DNA of 40,000 nt from an uncultured Nitrososphaerota archaeon (GTDB taxonomy: Archaea > Thermoproteota > Nitrososphaeria > Nitrososphaerales > Gagatemarchaeaceae): NCBI GenBank assembly GCA_963836465.1, contig CAWIJZ010000071.1, positions 1-40,000 on the forward strand. The letters are read 5' to 3'. Positions 1 through 6,343 of this stretch are shown one piece after another. Below the pieces are notes generated by a model, which made no database searches, was not told where the DNA came from, and saw only the letters and a list, made by a program, of their open reading frames with translations. Both the position numbers and the translations under genes were made by a program. The first letter of the stretch is position 1. Each line of letters opens with the position of its first letter.

Positions 1-288
1 ATATTCCCATCTTGGATCCAAGAACCAACACCCTATTTGATTGACATCTCTAACCGCGTCAAGATCGAATTTCTCCGCCAGCTCGATCTGCTCCTCCGCT
101 ATTTTCAAGTGAACCTCCTCAATCTTTCCTTTGGAGCAAGCCTCTAGGTACGTATGCGGATTGCGCTGGTAAACGGGCCTCTTGAACAGCTTCTCAAGCA
201 ACACACCGTTGATTCCAATGACGAATAGAGGAACCTGATCAGGTTCGCCACGCAACAATGCCTTAACAAAACGTTCTCTCGGGAACAT
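1..288 (-). CDS. URO-D (uroporphyrinogen decarboxylase / MtaA-like) superfamily protein, N-terminal part; the gene runs off the left window edge
   Basis: Not in the ORF track because the window truncates it. Reverse-strand translation from the ATG (complement of 286-288) gives MFPRERFVKALLRGEPDQVPLFVIGINGVLLEKLFKRPVYQRNPHTYLEACSKGKIEEVHLKIAEEQIELAEKFDLDAVRDV..., open to position 1. The ERF-x-KAL-x-GEP-x-D-x-VP N-terminus is the usual start of URO-D family enzymes. Confidence 0.45.
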   Translation of the reverse strand, partial: MFPRERFVKALLRGEPDQVPLFVIGINGVLLEKLFKRPVYQRNPHTYLEACSKGKIEEVHLKIAEEQIELAEKFDLDAVRDVNQIGCWFLDPRWEY

Positions 289-310
289 ATGAAGTGACAA
301 GAAATACTCG

Positions 311-324
311 CAGATATATGTTTG
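311..324. repeat. Left copy of the casposon target-site duplication (CAGATATATGTTTG; 15 bp if the ambiguous G325 is counted)
   Basis: Identical to 6204-6217. It directly abuts the outer end of the left terminal inverted repeat. Confidence 0.85.
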
Positions 325-426
325 GTGTGGATATGAGTGCCCCCAGAGTGGCCAGAATTGGCTAATCCTGAATACAGATTAGGGCTCTAGTATTTTGTTT
401 GGACTAGGTAAGCGAAAATGACTAGG
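325..426. repeat. Casposon left terminal inverted repeat (TIR-L, ~102 bp)
   Basis: 325-426 (GTGTGGATATGAGTGCCCCCAGAGTGGCCAGAATTGG...GCGAAAATGACTAGG) is the exact reverse complement of 6102-6203. I compared the two block by block and saw no mismatch. Confidence 0.9.
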
Positions 427-790
427 TTAAGTGCGGGATACTAGGGCTTCCACAATCTGAGAATGTTAGACTTGTCTAATGATTAAAGACCTATCTAATT
501 TAGAATTTCTCAAAAAGAAGACCAAAATGGGCTCTTTTGGTCTGCCCCCCGCACTTTTTGAAAAGGCGCTAATAAGAATCAAGCAATTGTTATTACGAAT
601 CACATAACTTTTATTAACTATACTCCTAGGTCTATACCGCATGAACGAAGCACTTTGTTATTAAATCTAGAAAAGCAAAGCTTTATAAGTAAGTAGGCTG
701 TTTTCTACAGATAGGTTTAAATCATGACAAATTTGGGCCTTGATGCGGACAGAGGGAAGAAAGGACAGATAAAGGGAGTGAGTAGGAGCC

Positions 791-985
791 TTGCTCAACA
801 GTAGGGCTTCTTCGCCTCATGGTGGTGTTACTTCTCGCACCTTCATTCCTCTTTATCTCGACACCTCAGAGTTTGAACCTCTGCAACATGAAGCCACTCG
901 GAGAGACATCTCCGTATTCGAGCTCATCCGAGAATATATCCGTGGTGGACTAGACGGTGGGCTAGAGAAAGGTGAGAATACGTGA
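791..985 (+). CDS. Small ribbon-helix-helix (CopG/Arc-like) DNA-binding protein, putative element regulator
   Basis: 64-aa ORF with a TTG start. The pattern is beta strand (TFIPLYLD), helix (TSEFEPLQHEA), then helix (SVFELIREYIRGGL), which is typical of RHH folds. It is the first gene after a ~360-bp non-coding arm. The start codon is uncertain. Confidence 0.45.
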   Translation: MLNSRASSPHGGVTSRTFIPLYLDTSEFEPLQHEATRRDISVFELIREYIRGGLDGGLEKGENT

Positions 986-1108
986 GCTCAGATACAATAT
1001 CAGAAAGAATCAAAAGAGCTCTAAGTTCGGTACTTTCAGATAAAAGGGAAACAAGCTCTAGCTACGTTACTTCCAGAAAAAGGAACTATTTCAAACCAAG
1101 GCGCTATC

Positions 1109-2107
1109 ATGGAGTCTCCAAATACTGGAATGGTCTCAAATGCTTCGCCCACGACACTTAGGGACGGGTCAAAGAACTGGGTCGTCAACTCGTGGGCCGG
1201 TTATGCGGTCTCGATAATCGAAGGGTTTGGCGCCGGACAAACGGTGCTTATCGGGTCGAATAACCAGACTACCCTTACGTTGACGTCCCCTTTTGCTACA
1301 GTTCCTAATTTTCAATCGGTCTATATCATCACTCAGCTCGCGTCTACTTCTACTGCCGTTCTTACGCCTAAAGGATTAATTTCGGTCACATCTTCACAAT
1401 CGACAGCTACAGACATAGAATCGGGCACGTGGACAACTTCGGCCAATACCAATTTCACTATGACCGTAAAAGGAAACGTCGTTGTTTTTGTTGTCGGGAG
1501 CGGCTCAATTCAAGGATATGGTGATACTCTGAAGCTGTTCCTAGATTCTACCGAAATAGAAGCCGGAGCGACCGCTGGTAATCCGGCCACGACCGGATTT
1601 ATCATTCTCTATGGGGGCTTGGCTTCAGTCAGCGCCGGAGTGCATACGCTTTACATGACTTCAAGCGGCAACCAAAGTGCACAAACTCTCACCTACTACA
1701 TCTTTCAGTCGATACTACCGATAATAGGAAAAGCGAAGGCCTATACAGCGAGTGGCAACGTCGGTGCCACTTTTACTTATGGCTCTGGTTCGCTTTCAGT
1801 CCCATATCCTACTGTCTCATCTCTGACTCCGAGCTACACGATTTATGACTACATGGAAGGGTCTGTCTCGGCTCAAGCCTACTCTTTCAACGTGACCGAC
1901 AACTCCGGCAATCCACTCGTTCAAATCACAACTCCGTCCGACACTCCTACGGTTGACGTACTCTATTCGGCCCAATACGTGACTACCGCATCTTTTCCCG
2001 ACGTTCTCACTGGCGTCTCTGTATCTAGTCCAGCTTCCAGTAGGGCATCAACGCAATTCGGGTTTATCGTGCTCGCTCTTCTAAGTCAGGTGGTGCAAAG
2101 TCCATGA
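1109..2107 (+). CDS. Ser/Thr/Gly/Val-rich, probably all-beta protein of unknown function; candidate surface or structural protein of the element
   Basis: 332-aa ORF with an ATG start. Composition is strongly biased. It carries several N-x-S/T sequons (NAS, NQT, NFT, NQS, NVT) and a short hydrophobic C-terminus (FGFIVLALLSQVV). I recognise no enzymatic motif. Its stop overlaps the next ORF's start (ATGA at 2104-2107). Confidence 0.6.
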   Translation: MESPNTGMVSNASPTTLRDGSKNWVVNSWAGYAVSIIEGFGAGQTVLIGSNNQTTLTLTSPFATVPNFQSVYIITQLASTSTAVLTPKGLISVTSSQSTATDIESGTWTTSANTNFTMTVKGNVVVFVVGSGSIQGYGDTLKLFLDSTEIEAGATAGNPATTGFIILYGGLASVSAGVHTLYMTSSGNQSAQTLTYYIFQSILPIIGKAKAYTASGNVGATFTYGSGSLSVPYPTVSSLTPSYTIYDYMEGSVSAQAYSFNVTDNSGNPLVQITTPSDTPTVDVLYSAQYVTTASFPDVLTGVSVSSPASSRASTQFGFIVLALLSQVVQSP

Positions 2108-2274
2108 CAACGAAGGTCGCTCGCGGAGTCTTTAACTTCTACAGTCCGACATTCGAGGCAACCCTTCTTAGTTGGATAACCGGACTTGGCATAACGACCG
2201 TCATTAGCATTTCGTCCGGCTTCGTCCAAAATAGCGGAGTTCTGGAGTTTTGCGCGGTGGTGATATACTCTTGA
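2104..2274 (+). CDS. Small hydrophobic (membrane) protein, 56 aa; below the ORF-track size cut-off
   Basis: The ATG at 2104 overlaps the TGA of the upstream ORF (ATGA). Translation is MTTKVARGVFNFYSPTFEATLLSWITGLGITTVISISSGFVQNSGVLEFCAVVIYS, with a TM-like core. Its TGA at 2272-2274 overlaps a TTG at 2271-2273 that could start the next gene. Confidence 0.4.
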   Translation: MTTKVARGVFNFYSPTFEATLLSWITGLGITTVISISSGFVQNSGVLEFCAVVIYS

Positions 2275-2771
2275 CCGTAAAAGGCTTAGAAAAATGGATA
2301 GCGCAAGAAGCCAAAGCCGAAAAGGCGCTTAGAGCGGCAGCTAGAAAGGGCAAACGAGAACGCAAGGAGCTTCTAGCCTTAGAAGAGGAGCTTCCCAAAG
2401 TCGAATCTCCAAAAGTCGAGCCTCCAAAGCCGGAATCGAAGCCACTCCCTCATTACGTCTTCGAGGCGCCTAGAATTCCCGAGACTCTAGACACTTCGAT
2501 AGCCTCATCGCTCTATGCAGTACCCAGCGCTTCTATTCCTATTCCGGTCGAGTCTCCGGTCATATCTCAGCCCCGACCACATAGAGTCAAAGCGCCTAAG
2601 TCCACGCCCAAGCCCGCACAACCAAGCTCACAACCAAGAGCGCCGGAGAAGAAAAACTCATGGGTGGACTGGCTTCTTATCGGCGTTATCATGTTTGGGA
2701 CTGCTTTTCTCGGTCTCTATGCGATTAAGCGACCACAACCTAAAAGAAAAGAGGTGAAGGGCTTTGCCTAG
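2250..2771 (+). CDS. Tail-anchored membrane protein with a coiled-coil and a Pro-rich spacer, unknown function
   Basis: 173-aa ORF starting at TTG 2250, or at TTG 2271. It has a Lys/Glu-rich N-terminal helix (EKWIAQEAKAEKALRAAARKGKRERKELLALEEEL), a Pro-rich repeat (KVESPKVEPPKPESKP) and a C-terminal TM helix (WVDWLLIGVIMFGTAFLGLYAI) followed by a basic tail. Confidence 0.6.
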   Translation: MRGGDILLTVKGLEKWIAQEAKAEKALRAAARKGKRERKELLALEEELPKVESPKVEPPKPESKPLPHYVFEAPRIPETLDTSIASSLYAVPSASIPIPVESPVISQPRPHRVKAPKSTPKPAQPSSQPRAPEKKNSWVDWLLIGVIMFGTAFLGLYAIKRPQPKRKEVKGFA

Positions 2772-3129
2772 AGGCGTTCCTAGGAAATTAAGCAACGACG
2801 AGCTTTCAAGCATCGCGGTGCTTTTTGATACCGGATGGGCTTATCGAGCGATATCAAAAGTGTTCTCAATCTCTGAGTACCGACTCGTCAAGACAGTCCA
2901 TGCGCTTAAGCTGAACTTCCCAGCGCACACGCGCGCACGTTACGAGCATCAGCATAAAGACTATGCACGAGCGCACAAGCGGCAAATCGACCATCCAGAC
3001 GAGACCTTCTGGAAGGCCTACAGGTATTCGAAAATCAATTCAGAGCTGGGGCTGGACATTCACTTCAACCCAATTAGGAAGAGAGCTAAGGAACTACTCA
3101 AGCGGTTAAGAAAGCGTGGTTCTCCATGA
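2764..3129 (+). CDS. Basic helix-turn-helix protein, unknown function, immediately upstream of polB
   Basis: 121-aa ORF with a TTG start that overlaps the upstream stop by 8 nt. It has an HTH-like segment (LSNDELSSIAVLFDTGWAYRAISKVFSISEYRLVKTV) and a very basic C-terminus (IRKRAKELLKRLRKRG). Its stop overlaps the polB ATG (ATGA at 3126-3129). Confidence 0.55.
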   Translation: MPRGVPRKLSNDELSSIAVLFDTGWAYRAISKVFSISEYRLVKTVHALKLNFPAHTRARYEHQHKDYARAHKRQIDHPDETFWKAYRYSKINSELGLDIHFNPIRKRAKELLKRLRKRGSP

Positions 3130-5192
3130 ACACAATCGAGCCGGAAATTCAGAATCTTCCCCTAATCCATGACTCCCTTAAAGGCGCTAGACTCGACTCC
3201 GTATTCTCGAAGGTTCTAGGTCTCCCTAGGAGAGTTCCTAAAGAGCCTCTAGGCTTCGATATCGAGTCTGACCAGAACGGAGACATTTACCTTATCGCCT
3301 CAGAAAACAAGTATCTCTTTCTCGATGGCCTTCCCCTAGAAGCGCGTTCTATACTTGCGGTGTATTTTCTCTATCAGGAAGGCTTCGGCCACGTTTGCGC
3401 CTTTTTCAATATCGACTATGACTTTCGAGGTATTGTGAAAGGCTTTATCGTGGAGAAGCCAAAAGAAGAACAAAACCAAATCAGAAAATCGAAGCGTATA
3501 GTAGACGGCGAATACACAATCGACTGGATAAAAGGAAAATCTTTCAAAATCAACAACCCTAGACGCGACTGTGTTTGGGCTTATGATACAGCTAATTTCT
3601 TCGACGGCTCTCTAGAATCAGTCAGTCAAAAGTACCTTGGAGAAGGGAAGGGCGAGCTGTCAAACGAAAAGCTTGATATGAAACATCCTGAAAAGTATCT
3701 CCCTACTCCAAAAGGGAGAAAGCTCCTTAGAGAGCGGTGCATGAAAGACGCCGGTCTCGCCGGAGAGTTGTTGCGATATCTTAGGAAACTCTGTCTCGAC
3801 AATCTTGAAATTGACCCTCCACAATATAATTCTGAAGGCGGTCTCTCCGAGTATTACCTCATTAAGAACGTCGAGCTAAAACACCTTAAGCCCTTCGCTA
3901 TCGAGGGCTTTGACGAATGGGGGCACAATATGGGTAAAGACGTCCACAGAAAGCTAACGCCAAAAATCGTCGAACAAAAGGCGCTATATGAGCAAGTCCT
4001 CGAATACGCCTATCGCTCCTATTATGCGGGTATCTTCTATACTCCATGGCGCGGCCCCGTCGATTTTGCCGTGGAGCTCGATATCACTTCAGCATATCCT
4101 TACCAAATGTCAAAACTAATTAGTCTTTCAGACGGAGAATGGAGAGAAGCTCCTAAAGGCAACTATTCGCCGGAAGCTTGTTACGGCTTCTATCACGCTT
4201 TCATGCGGCCAAACGGAGAATTTCCTTTTCGACTTAAAGGAGAAAAGACAATCTATCCAAAATTCGACTCGGAATTTCTAGAGCGATGGGTAACGAAAGA
4301 CGAGCTTGAATACCTTCTTGAAACCAAGTGTCCGGTCAACATGGTTGACGGCTTCGAGTTCTTTCTCGACGACCCCGAGCACTCTGTTTACCCTTTCAAG
4401 AACGCCGTTTCAAAACTCTTCACCTTAAAGAACGAAGCCGAAAAGTCTGGCGATAAAGGACTTAGGCTTCTCTACAAAACCATTCTAAACGGGATGTATG
4501 GCAAGACCGCACAGAACGTCGAGACTCCTTTCTCTGAATACTTCAAGTCTAGAGTTGGAAGGCTCTTCAATCCGGTATACTCTGCAGTCATTACCGCAAG
4601 AACAAGGCTCGTGCTCTGGAAGAGAGCTAAGAAATACCTCGACCCTATTTACTATCTTGCTACCGATGCAGCGTGTGGAAAGCCCCGTCCGGATGTAGGA
4701 ATAGGGCCCGTATCTGACGAGCTGGGGGACTTTCAGATAAAATATCTGGAAGAGAAAGACGGAGAGCCGAGCAGACGATTCTTCACGGGGTGCATCTTAT
4801 TACAAAATGGCGTGATAACGGACTCTAACGGAACATTCATCAAGACTAGAGGCTTCGCAAAACTAGAAGGCAAGAAACTCATTTACGATAAGGAAAAGGG
4901 GTTCGGGGTAATGACAACCCACGTGATGGGCCTTGCAGAGTCGATACGAAGAAAAAGCGCTGAGAAAATCAACTGGTTTGACGAGAAGACCTTCAGAAGC
5001 ATTAACCCAGTAAATGATTTGTTAATCTATCCGAAAGAGCTTTGGGAAAATCCCAGTCTGGTGCTGACAAAAGGATTCAAGTGCGAACCGGTAGACGAGG
5101 CCTTTATGAAGTCGTGGGAAATACCGGAAAAGAGAAAGGCGCCTCAAACGCTTGTAGCAAGTGCTCCCTCAACGCGAAGGCACACTCCGTGA
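3126..5192 (+). CDS. polB: Family-B DNA polymerase (casposon PolB)
   Basis: 688 aa. Recognisable motifs are Exo I (LGFDIESD), Exo II (FFNIDYDFRGI), Pol A (ELDITSAYPYQM, DxxSxYP), Pol B (KTILNGMYGKTAQ, KxxxNxxYG) and a Pol C-like motif (YYLATDAACG). The last is ATD rather than the canonical DTD. Confidence 0.9.
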   Translation: MNTIEPEIQNLPLIHDSLKGARLDSVFSKVLGLPRRVPKEPLGFDIESDQNGDIYLIASENKYLFLDGLPLEARSILAVYFLYQEGFGHVCAFFNIDYDFRGIVKGFIVEKPKEEQNQIRKSKRIVDGEYTIDWIKGKSFKINNPRRDCVWAYDTANFFDGSLESVSQKYLGEGKGELSNEKLDMKHPEKYLPTPKGRKLLRERCMKDAGLAGELLRYLRKLCLDNLEIDPPQYNSEGGLSEYYLIKNVELKHLKPFAIEGFDEWGHNMGKDVHRKLTPKIVEQKALYEQVLEYAYRSYYAGIFYTPWRGPVDFAVELDITSAYPYQMSKLISLSDGEWREAPKGNYSPEACYGFYHAFMRPNGEFPFRLKGEKTIYPKFDSEFLERWVTKDELEYLLETKCPVNMVDGFEFFLDDPEHSVYPFKNAVSKLFTLKNEAEKSGDKGLRLLYKTILNGMYGKTAQNVETPFSEYFKSRVGRLFNPVYSAVITARTRLVLWKRAKKYLDPIYYLATDAACGKPRPDVGIGPVSDELGDFQIKYLEEKDGEPSRRFFTGCILLQNGVITDSNGTFIKTRGFAKLEGKKLIYDKEKGFGVMTTHVMGLAESIRRKSAEKINWFDEKTFRSINPVNDLLIYPKELWENPSLVLTKGFKCEPVDEAFMKSWEIPEKRKAPQTLVASAPSTRRHTP

Positions 5193-6054
5193 ATTTGCTT
5201 TCATATCGTCTCTTGCTCCCCTTCCATGCGCTTAGTCTGCCGGAGACCTCTTGAATGACTTCTCTTCTCGCGTTCTCTCCTAGTCTCACTTGAAAATCTT
5301 GCGTTCTAATGAAGTCACTAAGTGTCACTTTCTTTTCTCTTACTAAGCCCACTGTCGCGCGTTCGACTAGCGAGCGCCCTAATTCCTGAAAATCATAGAC
5401 CAGTGGAGTTTTGTACGGAGCCATTTCATGCAGAAAGCCAATTTGAGCGTCAAGTCCGGCGAAAGCGATGGCCTTTCTACAAGTGCCCGCTAAAATGGAA
5501 TAGCCATAATTTAACATGGCATTTACCGGATTCGTTGCGTGTAAGCTCTGCGCTGAAGGATTGTTTCCTTTACGCCCCAAATAGCTTTTGAAGCTTGGAT
5601 TAGTCCTTATCGCGTTTGTAAATTCTCGGAAAATTTGTGCTGTTAAACTGCCTTCGGCCAAAAGAAGGGCCTTACTGTCTTGAACGCGTTTTATCGAAGA
5701 AAAGTCTTCAAGCCCCGACGTTTGAGCACGACCTTCGACAAACGCTTTTGCAATTGAAAGCTTTCTTCCTCTATCGCAATACGCTTTGTATTGTTGGATT
5801 CTGACTTTGCCGACTTTTGATTCTGAAGGGACTAGAGAGCAATACATCTCCCCGCGTGAGTCTAGAAAGGAAATGGAAGCACCACCATAAGTTAACCACC
5901 GAAGCGCGTCGATTGTGATATAACCTGAGGGAGACGAGAAAACCAAGTTGGCGTTTTTCAGTTTGCCCAAGTCGATTTTCTCCGAGCCGGTATCTAGTCT
6001 GAGATGATTTACCTTTAGATAGGAACTCCTAGAATCAAGTAAAAGGCTTTGCAT
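5104..6054 (-). CDS. cas1: Cas1-family integrase (casposase)
   Basis: 316 aa. The Cas1 hallmarks are ATNPVNAMLNYGYSILAGTC, LDAQIGFLHE (catalytic His region) and PLVYDFQELGRSLVE (acidic D/E-x-x-E-x-R motif), plus an N-terminal beta-domain-like MQSLLLDSRSSYLKVNHLRL. The start lies 48 bp inside TIR-R. The 3' end overlaps the polB 3' end convergently by 89 nt. Confidence 0.9.
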   Translation of the reverse strand: MQSLLLDSRSSYLKVNHLRLDTGSEKIDLGKLKNANLVFSSPSGYITIDALRWLTYGGASISFLDSRGEMYCSLVPSESKVGKVRIQQYKAYCDRGRKLSIAKAFVEGRAQTSGLEDFSSIKRVQDSKALLLAEGSLTAQIFREFTNAIRTNPSFKSYLGRKGNNPSAQSLHATNPVNAMLNYGYSILAGTCRKAIAFAGLDAQIGFLHEMAPYKTPLVYDFQELGRSLVERATVGLVREKKVTLSDFIRTQDFQVRLGENARREVIQEVSGRLSAWKGSKRRYESKFTECAFALREHLLQAFEAPFSFPVFPTTS

Positions 6055-6058
6055 GGCT

Positions 6059-6070
6059 AAACGCGCGTTT
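6059..6070. promoter_or_regulatory. Perfect 12-bp palindrome AAACGCGCGTTT between a TATA-like box and the cas1 start; candidate operator
   Basis: Read on the minus strand, the region is ...AAAGAGTTAATGGCCTAGACAAACGCGCGTTTAGCC-ATG. An AT-rich TTAAT element lies about 25 nt upstream of the cas1 ATG, and the palindrome sits between the two. Confidence 0.3.
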
Positions 6071-6101
6071 GTCTAGGCCATTAACTCTTTTGTCCTTTTG
6101 C

Positions 6102-6203
6102 CCTAGTCATTTTCGCTTACCTAGTCCAAACAAAATACTAGAGCCCTAATCTGTATTCAGGATTAGCCAATTCTGGCCACTCTGGGGGCACTCATATCCA
6201 CAC
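6102..6203. repeat. Casposon right terminal inverted repeat (TIR-R, ~102 bp)
   Basis: Exact reverse complement of 325-426. Confidence 0.9.
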
Positions 6204-6217
6204 CAGATATATGTTTG
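6204..6217. repeat. Right copy of the casposon target-site duplication (CAGATATATGTTTG; G6218 makes it 15 bp)
   Basis: Identical to 311-324 and directly abuts TIR-R. Confidence 0.85.
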
Positions 6218-6343
6218 GGGACCGCGCGAAGTCGCTGCCTCCACGCTCGGCAGTGTGAGCGGTGCCCTTATGGTTCTCACTGCCAACGTATCCTTGTGCT
6301 CTGATTCAGTGAATGAAACCTTGGTAATTTCTTCAGCTTTTTC

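Larger units (their letters stand above)
325..6203. mobile_element. Casposon: self-synthesizing transposon encoding Cas1 (casposase) and a family-B DNA polymerase
   Basis: Perfect ~102-bp TIRs at 325-426 and 6102-6203 are flanked by a 14/15-bp direct repeat (311-324 and 6204-6217). The interior encodes a Cas1 homolog and a PolB. There is no cas2 and no CRISPR repeat anywhere in the window. By eye the interior is more AT-rich than the flanks. Confidence 0.9.

Noticed and set aside
5104-6054. cas1 as the adaptation module of a CRISPR-Cas locus.
   Set aside because: There is no cas2, cas4, effector gene or repeat array in 40 kb. The gene sits 48 bp inside a terminal inverted repeat, together with a PolB. 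That is casposon context.
200-6343. A tRNA gene (or ef-2 3' end) at the casposon borders, as reported for other casposons.
   Set aside because: I read both flanks (289-324 and 6204-6343) on both strands. I found no T-loop-like GGTTCRAAT or acceptor-stem pairing. The left flank is the 5' upstream region of a protein-coding gene. A tRNA-scanning program should still be run.
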